21,390 nt of DNA from Nitrospinaceae bacterium (GCA_046754465.1 JBHHVU010000053.1:1-21390); one strand, 5' to 3'. Shown: positions 1 to 8,432, counted from the stretch's first letter. Program-made: numbers and translations. Notes: generated by a model not told the origin, from the letters alone.

Positions 1-423
1 AACCTGGAAAAAAATAGGGTCCAGGAGATATCCTTGACTTCCGCGGTCAAAAATCTTAAAAGCGGGATGACAATTCCCTTTAAAAATACAGGACGCGATC
101 TGCTGGAACGGCTGACCTCGATTGGCATCCGCACCGGGGAGGATAATTTCTTCAAGGTGGATGCTACCCAACTCGACCGGGCGCTGCATATCAATCCCGG
201 TGAGGTGCTGGACCTGTTTGAAAACCCGGAGACCGGGATTCTTCCCAACCTGGAAAGTCAATTGTCCCGAATTCTCGATGAAAACCTGGGGGACCTGGCC
301 CTCAAGCAACAGGAGTCCGCGATTTTTTCTCAAACGCCGGACCAGTTGGCGGAAAAGTTCCGCAGGTTCCAGGAAAGCTCCACCTTTGGTGAAAAGGTGC
401 AAAAACTTATTGTGGTGATTTGA
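1..423 (+). CDS. fliD: Flagellar cap protein FliD-like C-terminal region (5'-truncated by window edge)
   Basis: Frame 1 is open from base 1 to TGA at 421-423. LTSIGIRTGEDNFFKVDATQLDRALHINPGEVLDLF..GILPNL resembles the FliD C-terminal L.xIGI....G.L.xD...L..AL...P..V..LF pattern. Followed by a FlgN-like gene. Confidence 0.6.
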   Translation, partial: NLEKNRVQEISLTSAVKNLKSGMTIPFKNTGRDLLERLTSIGIRTGEDNFFKVDATQLDRALHINPGEVLDLFENPETGILPNLESQLSRILDENLGDLALKQQESAIFSQTPDQLAEKFRRFQESSTFGEKVQKLIVVI

Positions 424-425
424 CT

Positions 426-866
426 ATGCAATCCAAAGACTCGGCATCTCTTGTATTGAAGCTCCTCCGGGAAGAAAAAAAATGTTGCGACCGGCTTCTG
501 GAAAAATTGAAAGAACAGACCGAGGCGATCGAACAGGATGACGAGTCCCGGCTCAAGGAAATCATCGAGCACAAGGACGGCTGCATCCGGACCACCCGGG
601 ATATCGAAAAAGAATTGGAGCGGACCCTGGGCGGCCTTTCAGCCGCGGAAAAGGAACAGATGCAAATTAAAGCCGAGGGGTTGATTCAGGAACTGGCGGA
701 CGTCCTCGAAAAAATCGTCGAACTGGAAAACAACTGCCAAGTGGAGTTGCAGGCCAGGAAATTCCTGGTCCAGGATAAACTCCTCGATCTCAAACAGGGC
801 AGAACCCTCTTGAAGGGATATGCGCGAAACAAACGGGTGAAACCCAAAATTTCAAAAAACATCTGA
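426..866 (+). CDS. flgN: FlgN/FliT-like flagellar export chaperone (helical coiled coil)
   Basis: About 146 aa all-helical protein with L..EQ..AI...D...L..II..K pattern and C-terminal 'LKGY'. Flagellar context. ATG 426 follows GGTG; alternative TTG start at 420. Confidence 0.55.
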   Translation: MQSKDSASLVLKLLREEKKCCDRLLEKLKEQTEAIEQDDESRLKEIIEHKDGCIRTTRDIEKELERTLGGLSAAEKEQMQIKAEGLIQELADVLEKIVELENNCQVELQARKFLVQDKLLDLKQGRTLLKGYARNKRVKPKISKNI

Positions 867-882
867 TCTGAACCAGGCAATT

Positions 883-1149
883 ATGATGGATATCTCAATT
901 GTTCCAATCAATAAAATCACCAAGGTTTACCAGAGACAGGACCGGATCGCCGAACTGAACAAGAAAAGCGATATAAAAAGTGTTCAAGGCCAGGTCGACC
1001 GGGTGACTCTTTCTGCCGCGGGCCGGTCCATGGAGACTCCCGCGCCGGTAAACCAGAATCCCATCCCGCAACCTGCCCCATCCCCCGGCCCAACCGATGC
1101 GGTCCCGTACGGACCGGTTCCGCAGGCGGGCACCCCCGACGCCGGGTGA
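883..1149 (+). CDS. Small FlgM-like / FlgM-associated hypothetical protein with Pro-rich tail
   Basis: The 'DRVTLSAAGR' motif is typical of the FlgM N-terminal half. No recognisable sigma28-binding C-terminal helix pair. Lies downstream of the flgN-like gene. Confidence 0.45.
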   Translation: MMDISIVPINKITKVYQRQDRIAELNKKSDIKSVQGQVDRVTLSAAGRSMETPAPVNQNPIPQPAPSPGPTDAVPYGPVPQAGTPDAG

Positions 1150-1202
1150 GATGAATCTCCGGCGTCAAAGCGTGCCCAGGGCTTGGTCCGCCGCATAACA
1201 AA

Positions 1203-1231
1203 TTGACAAGCCGGTGGAAGCGGACTAGATT
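1203..1231 (+). promoter_or_regulatory. sigma70-type promoter upstream of aroDE
   Basis: TTGACA (1203-1208), 17-bp spacer, TAGATT (1226-1231), 75 bp before the ATG at 1307. Confidence 0.6.
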
Positions 1232-1306
1232 AAGCTTGGTTGCTCCGGGAAGAGGATTTCCCCCCAGGTCGCCAGAACCTCCTTCGGACGAAACTCCATT
1301 GATATC

Positions 1307-2776
1307 ATGATCTGCGTACCTATAGCCGGACCCTCCATGGGAAGAGCCCTGGCCGATATTGCCTCCGCGGCGCCGGTCGCGGATATCATCGAACTCCGGC
1401 TCGACATGATCGACGAATTCGACCTGCCCCGCCTGCTCAAGGCTACCCGCAAACCCTGCATCGTCACCAACCGCACCAAGCGGGAAGGGGGGCAGTTCAA
1501 GGGCACCGACGAGGAGCGGGTGCGCATACTCCGCCAGGCTATGGAAGCGGGGGCCGATTACATCGACATCGAGACATCCACGCCCAGGGAATTATTGAAA
1601 CCCGTTCTGGAAAACAAGGGCGGGACACAGGTGATCCTTTCCTATCACAATTTCACCAACACTCCGGACGACCTGGACCCCTTTTATGAGACCATGTGCG
1701 ATCTGCCAGCCGATGTCATCAAGATTGCCACCTACGCCCAGCATCTCAGCGACAACCTCAAGATGTTTCGGCTGCTCGAACGTGCGCGCCGGGAAAACCG
1801 TAAACTGATCGCGCTGTGCATGGGCGAGAAAGGGGAGATCAGCCGCGTCCTGTCCCCCTTGATGGGGGCTTTCCTGACCTTCGGGTCCCTGGAGACCGGG
1901 AAGGAGACCGCGCCGGGGCAGATTCCCGCCAGCACCCTCAAACACGTTTATCGCGCCGACCAGTCCCGGCCGGACTTCAAAGTTTACGGGGTGATCGGCA
2001 ATCCCGTCTCCAAAAGCATGGGCTACCTCATCCACAACCGCGCCTTTCTGGAAATCGGGTCGCCGGACATTTACGTCTCCTTCCTCGTGGAGAACGTGGA
2101 ACAATTCTTCGCCGACTTCCAAGACCTTTTCCAGGGACTCAGCGTCACAATGCCTTTCAAGGTGGACGTCATCCCGCTCATGGATCAGGTTGACGGCGCG
2201 GCGCGGAAGATCGGCGCGGTCAACACCGTCGTGAAAACCGAAGCCGGATGGATGGGTTACAACACCGACCGCACCGGCGCCCTTCGGGCGTTGGAGGGCC
2301 ATGTGGACTTGAACGGAAAGAACGTTCTCATTATCGGGGCCGGGGGAACCGCGAAGGCGATCGGACACGGAGTGATCGAACGCGGGGGACGGCTCACCGT
2401 CACCTACAACCGCAACCGGGACCGGGGAGAGCAACTCGCGGATGAACTCCATTGCGGGCTCATTCCCATCCGGGAGGCGGGCGGCGTTCCCATCGACGTT
2501 CTGATCAATTGTTCCCCAGTGGGGATGAGTCCCAACGTTGACGACACCCCTTTCCCATCGCGGAATTTAAAAAAAGGCATGGTGGTATTCGACGCCGTGT
2601 ACAACCCCCCAGAAACCCGGCTTTTACGCGAAGCCATGGAGAAAGGATGCACCGCCATTTCAGGAGTCGAGCTTTTCATCAACCAGGCCGCGGCCCAGTT
2701 CGAGCTGTGGACCGGAAAAAAAGCTCCCGTCTACGCCATGCGCCAGGTGCTGATGAAAAAAATTCAAGGAAAATAA
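1307..2776 (+). CDS. aroDE: Bifunctional type I 3-dehydroquinate dehydratase / shikimate dehydrogenase
   Basis: N-terminal DHQase I motifs (DIIELRLD, TNRTKREGG, ILSYHNF, TAPGQI). C-terminal SDH motifs (VIGNPVSKS, SVTMPFK, IGAVNTV, NTD, IIGAGGTA, DAVYNPPET). Confidence 0.95.
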   Translation: MICVPIAGPSMGRALADIASAAPVADIIELRLDMIDEFDLPRLLKATRKPCIVTNRTKREGGQFKGTDEERVRILRQAMEAGADYIDIETSTPRELLKPVLENKGGTQVILSYHNFTNTPDDLDPFYETMCDLPADVIKIATYAQHLSDNLKMFRLLERARRENRKLIALCMGEKGEISRVLSPLMGAFLTFGSLETGKETAPGQIPASTLKHVYRADQSRPDFKVYGVIGNPVSKSMGYLIHNRAFLEIGSPDIYVSFLVENVEQFFADFQDLFQGLSVTMPFKVDVIPLMDQVDGAARKIGAVNTVVKTEAGWMGYNTDRTGALRALEGHVDLNGKNVLIIGAGGTAKAIGHGVIERGGRLTVTYNRNRDRGEQLADELHCGLIPIREAGGVPIDVLINCSPVGMSPNVDDTPFPSRNLKKGMVVFDAVYNPPETRLLREAMEKGCTAISGVELFINQAAAQFELWTGKKAPVYAMRQVLMKKIQGK

Positions 2777-2899
2777 CCCCACCACCCTCCAATCTAAATC
2801 CACACGCCCCCCCCATGGAATGAAGAGCCGGAATTTTTCCCTTCATAAAAGAGGGATTCGATCCTGTTTATCTTGTGAATCCTGTTCATTCTTCTTGGT

Positions 2900-2919
2900 G
2901 GGCAGGGCATGCCCTGCCC
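2900..2919. repeat. Perfect 20-bp palindrome, REP-like
   Basis: GGGCAGGGCA|TGCCCTGCCC in intergenic DNA, preceded by degenerate ATCCTGT short repeats (about 2861-2886). Confidence 0.5.
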
Positions 2920-2977
2920 TTGTTTCGTTTCCCTCCAAAAGGGAGGTTGAAAATCGTGGAGAGGCGGAAAAAAATAA

Positions 2978-3028
2978 CTGTGCAATATTCCGCACAGAGT
3001 TTTTGCCGAATTGTGCCAAATTCCTTAA
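2978..3028 (+). promoter_or_regulatory. Candidate tandem enhancer (bEBP upstream activating sequence)
   Basis: Palindrome CTGTGC-AATATTCC-GCACAG (2978-2997). A second degenerate copy TGTGCCAAATTCC starts 33 bp later. Both lie about 115-165 bp upstream of the predicted sigma54 start site. Confidence 0.5.
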
Positions 3029-3115
3029 CGCGGGAGGAACGCGCTCCGGCGCCGGCGGTAACCATAACTCTTGAAATCGGGAGGTTTGCGGGAAACCTGC
3101 CGTGGACCGCCCAAG

Positions 3116-3132
3116 TCGGCACACATATTGCT
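3116..3132 (+). promoter_or_regulatory. sigma54 (RpoN) -24/-12 promoter
   Basis: TCGGCACACATATTGCT: GG(3118-3119)-N10-GC(3130-3131), close to the TGGCACG-N4-TTGCW consensus. Confidence 0.65.
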
Positions 3133-3142
3133 TTTGAAAGGG

Positions 3143-3253
3143 GTATCCAAATGCTAGGCAAATGGGAAAAATTCCGTAAGGGGTTTTTCCTCCCACACCA
3201 TGAACTCAGGACGGCGCGACCCCTCCCGGCCGTCCTGAGCCTGCCCTTTTTTT
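3143..3253 (+). ncRNA. Candidate sigma54-dependent structured small RNA (~110 nt)
   Basis: Begins about 12 nt after the -12 box. 11-bp stem 3165-3190 capped by a GUAA (GNRA) tetraloop, with two G-U pairs valid only on the + strand. Second 11-bp stem 3205-3239 with a CCCCUCCC loop. Ends in T7 (3247-3253). No credible + strand protein gene follows. Confidence 0.5.
3205..3253. terminator. Hairpin at the convergence of the candidate sRNA and the DASS gene (possible bidirectional terminator)
   Basis: CTCAGGACGGC-13 nt-GCCGTCCTGAG, then CCTGCCC and T7 on +. Lies just past the DASS stop codon on -. Confidence 0.5.
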
Positions 3254-4706
3254 ACTTGAATCCCAATGCCGGCCAATACAGGAACAACATCAGCAGGTAC
3301 CCCACCATTCCCAGCAAACCGAGCAGGGTGCCGGAACGGACCATCTCGCCGATGCTGATGAACCGCGAGGAGTAAGCCAGGGCCGATGCGGGCGTGGCGA
3401 TAGGGAGGATGAAGGCGAAGTTGCTCGGCAGGATGACCGTCAACGCCGCCAGGGCGGGGCTGATCCCGTAAGCGGAGCACAGGCTGATAGCGGGAGGAAG
3501 CAGGATGGCGATGACCGCGGAATTGCTCATGAACGTGGTGAACAGGGTGGAGAGGACGGCGATGGTGATCAAAAACACCGGTGCGCTTTGAATGAACTCT
3601 TGAAATATCCTTTGCGCCAGCCATAATGCCGCGCCGGAATCGGCCATGACCTCGCCCAGGCAGATCGCCCCCCCGTACATCAGAATAATGGCCCAGTTGA
3701 TGTGCGGTTCGACCATCTTCCAGTTGATGAGGTTGATGGAAAAAAGCAGGACGATGGACAGGATCGCTATATTGGCGATTCCCAACTGGTCTCCCAATCC
3801 GAACCAAACGAACAGGGTGAGGACCATCAGCACGGCGATCCCTTTTTCCTGGAAACTCAGCCGTCCCAGGGCCTCGGCTTTCCGCCGCAAGACCTTGCGG
3901 GCCGGTTCGATGTTCTCCAGGTCCGAGGGAAACAGCCGGGTCAGCACTATCCAGCCGCATGCCAGGAGAAACAGGACGAGAGGGAAGCTCAATTGGGTGT
4001 ATTGAAGGATCCCGATGGTGGTTGTTCCCTGGGTGGTTTTTTCTAGGATTTCCACCGCCAGCGGCACGCGCCCCCCGCCCAGAACCGTGGTGGCTCCCCC
4101 GATGATGCATCCCCATGCCATGGAAAAAAACAGCGCCTTGGCAAACCGGGAGGTCCCTTTTTCGAGCCCCAGGGTTCTTACGATTTCTGAAAGGATAGGA
4201 AACATCATGGCGGCCACCGCGTGCTCGGACATGAAACAGGAACTGATCGCGGTGAAAAAATAAATGCAGGTGATGAGTTTTCCGGGAGTGTTGCCAAAGT
4301 TTTCCATGACCCACACAGAAAGCCGCATGCTCAACCCGGACCCGATCATCGCCGCCGACAAAATGAAGACGCCGAGGATGAAAAAGACCGCCTTGTTGCC
4401 GAAAAACGAATAGGTCTGGGACGCGTCCAGAATGCCCAGGAGAGGGATCAGGGCGATGGCCAACAGGCTGGTGATGGAAAGGGGAATCAGGTTGGTGGAC
4501 CAAAGGCTGACGCAAAGGAAAAACACGCAAAGGACCTTATATCCCTCGGGCGTCAGACCCGCCGGGCCTTCCTGGTTCAAAAGAATCGTGAAAATCCCGA
4601 AAAACAGGGTGAGCAGGAGCGGCCGCCGCAGCCGGTCAAAAATGACGATCCACAGGGGCCGGCGGTCGACGATTATTTCAGGGGTCTCTTCTGTCGCCTG
4701 GGTCAT
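3252..4706 (-). CDS. DASS/SLC13 family Na+:anion (sulfate/dicarboxylate) symporter
   Basis: Highly hydrophobic 484 aa protein with family motifs: FMSEHAVAAMMFPI, AWGCIIGGATTVLGG, FMSNSAVIAILLP, FAFILPIATPASALAYSS. Confidence 0.9.
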   Translation of the reverse strand: MTQATEETPEIIVDRRPLWIVIFDRLRRPLLLTLFFGIFTILLNQEGPAGLTPEGYKVLCVFFLCVSLWSTNLIPLSITSLLAIALIPLLGILDASQTYSFFGNKAVFFILGVFILSAAMIGSGLSMRLSVWVMENFGNTPGKLITCIYFFTAISSCFMSEHAVAAMMFPILSEIVRTLGLEKGTSRFAKALFFSMAWGCIIGGATTVLGGGRVPLAVEILEKTTQGTTTIGILQYTQLSFPLVLFLLACGWIVLTRLFPSDLENIEPARKVLRRKAEALGRLSFQEKGIAVLMVLTLFVWFGLGDQLGIANIAILSIVLLFSINLINWKMVEPHINWAIILMYGGAICLGEVMADSGAALWLAQRIFQEFIQSAPVFLITIAVLSTLFTTFMSNSAVIAILLPPAISLCSAYGISPALAALTVILPSNFAFILPIATPASALAYSSRFISIGEMVRSGTLLGLLGMVGYLLMLFLYWPALGFK

Positions 4707-4861
4707 GTTTTCTCGGATCAGAATAGGTCGAGCCAGGGGTTGATCGGGAAAGCGTTTCGGTCCATTTATCCCGGATTTTAACCCGGAAAGGGATAATTAC
4801 AATGGATTTGGCCGGATGGTGCGTACCCTACAATAAATGGCTTTGGGTTTCAATGAAATTA

Positions 4862-5246
4862 CCGGGCCGAGAACCTCGGCGGGTGGCTTGGACATGCGCT
4901 GTATGACGGACTCAGATCGAATGGCGATGATGCTATGACCTATCTCCCTCCGGGCGTGGCCCGGGCCGAGAACCTCGGCGGGCAATTTGTCATACGTTTT
5001 ATGCCGGACCAAGGTTGACTGGCGAAGATGCTATGACCTATCTCCCTCCGGGCGTGGCCCGGGCCGAGAACCTCGGCGGGTGGGTTGGACATGCGCTGTA
5101 TGACGGACTCAGATCGAATGGCGATGATGCTATGACCTATCTCCCTCCGGGCGTGGCCCGGGCCGAGAACCTCGGCGGGCAATTTGTCATACGTTTTATG
5201 CCGGACCAAGGTTGACTGGCGAAGATGCTATGACCTATCTCCCTCC
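4862..5246. repeat. Tandem array of a 61-bp conserved unit alternating with 38-bp (A) and 37-bp (B) segments; (AB)2 with 197-bp period
   Basis: Conserved unit full at 4922-4982, 5020-5080 and 5119-5179; partial at 4862-4883 and 5217-5246. A at 4884-4921 and 5081-5118 (1 mismatch). B at 4983-5019 and 5180-5216 (identical). Confidence 0.95.
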
Positions 5247-6307
5247 CCCGTGGGGGGGGTATCCACCTGGGAGATGGTCCACAGGTCGCAGGACCCGCAG
5301 GCATCCCGGTAGTTTTCCCGGAAATGGTCAAATTTAGGACCTTGCCAGATGGCCGTGAGGTCTTCTTGCAGCATATTGCCCATCTTTGATTCCGGAAGCA
5401 GGCAGCAGGGGGTAACATGGCCTTCCCGGCTGATGTAGGCGTTGTCGAAGGTTTTCAGGCAGTACTTTCCCGATCGGTGCAATTTCTTGCGCAACAAGCG
5501 GTAGAGGAAGCGGGTCAACCCCCGGGAGACGGAATACTGCAGCCAGTCGAGTTGGATTCCGTACGAACGGGCGACTTTATCCGCGTTCCGGAAAATACGT
5601 TCCTCTTCCATGGGACCGGGACGTTTGAGGTCCGGCGCGTATTTCTGGTCCAGCCGCCCCACGTTGATTTTATCGATTCCCAGCCGGGCGCCGTAGCGGA
5701 TCACCTCGTACAAATCGTTTTCACAGCCGGCATGGAGGGTGGACTGAAGCCTGAGCAACGGGCTCCCGTTTTGCCGGCGGCGGGCGATGGCTTCGATATT
5801 TTGATAAACCACCTTGCTGGTGTGCCCATCCTGGACGTGGTCATTGCCTTCCACGCTGTCTATGGAAATGGTAAGGGCATCCAGACCCGACTTCAGGATT
5901 TCATCGGCCATGGAAGGTTTGGGGAACAGGCCGTTGGAGGTGATCATCACTTTATGGTTCCGGTCCTTGCACCAGGCGATCATGTCAAGGATCCGGGGAT
6001 GCAGGAACGGTTCCCCCCACCCGGTCAGGGTAATTTCCTCGCGGTCCTGCAATTGATCGACCACTGCGGTGAATTTATCCCATTCCATATGTTCCAGCTC
6101 GATTTCCAGGTCCTCCCTGGGGCACATGGGGCAGGTCATGTTGCAGCGGTTGGTGATCTCGATCTGCACCTGCCGGGGTTTGGCGGGCAGTTTGTATCGC
6201 AGACGGTTGAGGGTATCCAGGGCCAGTTTTAACATTTCGCGGGAGGCGTCACGGGGCCTGTGGGGTTTCCCATAGGGATTTTCCAATAATTCCGGGGTAA
6301 ATATCAA
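5228..6307 (-). CDS. Radical SAM protein with C-terminal SPASM/twitch domain
   Basis: QIEITNRCNMTCPMC (CxxxCxxC), LTGWGEPFLHP, ITSNG, ISIDS. C-terminal C..x..GHVTPCC...GN......IW......FR.....CGSC. TTG start uncertain. Confidence 0.9.
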   Translation of the reverse strand: MIFTPELLENPYGKPHRPRDASREMLKLALDTLNRLRYKLPAKPRQVQIEITNRCNMTCPMCPREDLEIELEHMEWDKFTAVVDQLQDREEITLTGWGEPFLHPRILDMIAWCKDRNHKVMITSNGLFPKPSMADEILKSGLDALTISIDSVEGNDHVQDGHTSKVVYQNIEAIARRRQNGSPLLRLQSTLHAGCENDLYEVIRYGARLGIDKINVGRLDQKYAPDLKRPGPMEEERIFRNADKVARSYGIQLDWLQYSVSRGLTRFLYRLLRKKLHRSGKYCLKTFDNAYISREGHVTPCCLLPESKMGNMLQEDLTAIWQGPKFDHFRENYRDACGSCDLWTISQVDTPPTGEGDRS

Positions 6308-6501
6308 ATAGGTTTAAAATTTTTCTCGCACCGGCAAAATTAATGGTATTTTAGTAGCTTTACGGACGATATCCTGAAAAACTATAGTTATGAGCAAGCT
6401 TGGGTTCCCTGTCCGGGATTTTTACGGAAGGGTTCCATGGCTTCCAGGGATGTTGAAAAAACCGGTTCGGAGACGGACCGGTTTATGCTGGAGATAATTT
6501 C

Positions 6502-7803
6502 ATGGGAATGACCATTACCGAAAAAATCCTTGCCGCGCATTCCGGAAGGGATTCAGTCCGGCCCAGCGACAACATCTGGGTGGACGTGGATGTGTTGATG
6601 ACCCACGACGTTTGCGGTCCGGGAACCATCGGCATCTTCAAACAACAATTTGGCGAGGACGCCAAGGTCTGGGACCGCGAAAGGGTGGTCATCATTCCGG
6701 ACCATTATATTTTCACCTCCGACACTCACGCGCATCGCAATATTGATATCCTGCGCGAGTTCGCCAGGGAGCAGGACCTCCCTTACTATTACGATGTGGG
6801 GACCCAGGATTATAAAGGCGTGTGCCATATCGCCCTGGCTCAGGAGGGGCACAATCGGCCGGGGGAAGTCCTGTTCGGAACCGATTCCCATACCTGCACC
6901 TCGGGGGCGTTCGGGATGTTTTCCACGGGAATCGGCAATACCGACGCCGCCTTCATCCTGGGCACGGGCAAACTCTGGGTCAAGGTTCCCGAAACGATGC
7001 GGTTCGAATTCATCGGCACCTTTCCCCCCTATATCATGGCGAAGGATATCCTTCTCCAGGTCATCGGCGATATCGGGGTCGACGGCGCCACCTACCGGAC
7101 CATGGAATGGGCGGGGGACGCAGTCATGAAGTTCTCCATGGAGGAACGGATGACCCTCTGCAACATGGCCATCGAAGCCGGTGGGAAAAACGCCGTGATC
7201 GAGGCCGACGGGGTGACCCTCGACTATTTGAAAAATAGGACCGGCCGGCCGTTCACCCTGCACCATTCGGATGCGGACGCGGATTACTTTTTCAAGAAAA
7301 TCTACCAGGCGGACACGATGGAGCCCATCGTCGCCAAGCCCCATTCCCCGGATAACAAGGCCGTGGTGAGCGAGTGCCGGGACATCCAGCTCGATCGTTC
7401 CTACATCGGTTCCTGCACCGGCGGCAAACTCACCGATTTCGTGGCCGCCGCCCGGCTGTTGAAGGGCAAGAAGGTGAAGATCGATACCTTTATCGTTCCC
7501 GCCACCCGCGAGGTGGAAGAAGAACTGCATAAGGAAACCCTGGAGGGAGAACCGCTGGTGGATATTTTCAGAAACGCCGGGGCGATTATGGGAGAACCCT
7601 CCTGCGCCGCGTGCCTGGGCGGACCCAAGGACACCTTTGGCCGGGCCAACTCCAACGAAGTGGTGATCTCCACCACCAACCGGAATTTTCCGGGGCGAAT
7701 GGGATCCAAACAGGCCCAGGTTTATCTCGCCTCCCCCTACACCGCGGCCGCGTCGGCCTTGACGGGGCGTATCACCGATCCGAGGGAATTTTTAAACCAC
7801 TGA
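6502..7803 (+). CDS. leuC: 3-isopropylmalate dehydratase large subunit (LeuC/HacA-type)
   Basis: MTITEKILA, DHY, GVCHIAL, GTDSHTCT, YIGSCTGG, PSCAACLGG, TTNRNFPGRMG. RBS GGAG upstream. Confidence 0.93.
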   Translation: MGMTITEKILAAHSGRDSVRPSDNIWVDVDVLMTHDVCGPGTIGIFKQQFGEDAKVWDRERVVIIPDHYIFTSDTHAHRNIDILREFAREQDLPYYYDVGTQDYKGVCHIALAQEGHNRPGEVLFGTDSHTCTSGAFGMFSTGIGNTDAAFILGTGKLWVKVPETMRFEFIGTFPPYIMAKDILLQVIGDIGVDGATYRTMEWAGDAVMKFSMEERMTLCNMAIEAGGKNAVIEADGVTLDYLKNRTGRPFTLHHSDADADYFFKKIYQADTMEPIVAKPHSPDNKAVVSECRDIQLDRSYIGSCTGGKLTDFVAAARLLKGKKVKIDTFIVPATREVEEELHKETLEGEPLVDIFRNAGAIMGEPSCAACLGGPKDTFGRANSNEVVISTTNRNFPGRMGSKQAQVYLASPYTAAASALTGRITDPREFLNH

Positions 7804-7823
7804 GGATATTCTGAACAATAACC

Positions 7824-8429
7824 ATGAAACAGATCATTGAAGGCCTCGCTTACGTTCTCGGAAACGATATCGACACGGACCAGATCATTCCCGCGGAGCA
7901 TCTCGTTTACAGTCTGACCGATCCCGAGGAACGGAAAAATTATGGAAAATTCGCACTTTCCGGCGTTCCCCCAGCGGGCGCCGGGCTGCCCAGCGGCGGG
8001 ATTCCCTTCATCGCCGATGGAAATTACGATTCCGAGTACACGATCCTCATCGGCGGGAAAAATTTCGGCTGCGGTTCTTCCCGCGAACACGCCCCCGCCT
8101 GCCTGAAAATCGCCGGGATTCAAGCCGTGGTCGCCGAATCCTACGCGAGAATTTTTTACCGTAACTCGGTAGACGGCGGGTTTTTCATTCCCCTGGAATC
8201 CCGGACCCGTCTTGTGGACGAGATCAAAACCGGCGACTCACTCGTGATCGATCTCGACGCGGAAACCCTGACCAACCGGTCCGGTCAAAAAACGTATTCG
8301 CTGAAACCCCTGGGAGAGGTGATCGAGATCATCCAGGCCGGAAACATATTTGAATATGCCAGGAAAAAGGGATTGATCGCGGCGCGGCCCGCGCCGGGGA
8401 ATCCCGGTTTCAGCAAAACATCGGTGTGA
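7824..8429 (+). CDS. leuD: 3-isopropylmalate dehydratase small subunit
   Basis: DIDTDQIIPA, NFGCGSSREHA, AESYARIFYRN. Directly downstream of leuC. Confidence 0.93.
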   Translation: MKQIIEGLAYVLGNDIDTDQIIPAEHLVYSLTDPEERKNYGKFALSGVPPAGAGLPSGGIPFIADGNYDSEYTILIGGKNFGCGSSREHAPACLKIAGIQAVVAESYARIFYRNSVDGGFFIPLESRTRLVDEIKTGDSLVIDLDAETLTNRSGQKTYSLKPLGEVIEIIQAGNIFEYARKKGLIAARPAPGNPGFSKTSV

Positions 8430-8432
8430 CCC

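Noticed and set aside
3155..3246. c-di-GMP-I (GEMM) riboswitch, suggested by GGCAAA, a GNRA stem and closing UGCC
   Set aside because: The junction lacks the conserved GACGCAAA-type sequence, no tetraloop receptor is seen in the second stem, and there is no downstream + strand gene to regulate.
2794..3375. ORFs in the aroDE-DASS gap (e.g. 2875..3375, or ATG 3151)
   Set aside because: No recognisable protein features. They overlap palindromes and the convergent gene, and the SD-like AAAGGGG would straddle the predicted transcription start.
4862..5246. CRISPR array
   Set aside because: The 61-bp repeat is too long, the 'spacers' recur (A-B-A-B) and are homologous to each other, and there is no leader or cas gene in the window.
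4797..5418. Short ORFs across the repeat array (MVRHKTYDK..., MTGEDAM...)
   Set aside because: Products of the repeat. Unit lengths of 98/99 and 197 bp do not keep frame, and there is no RBS-start pairing.
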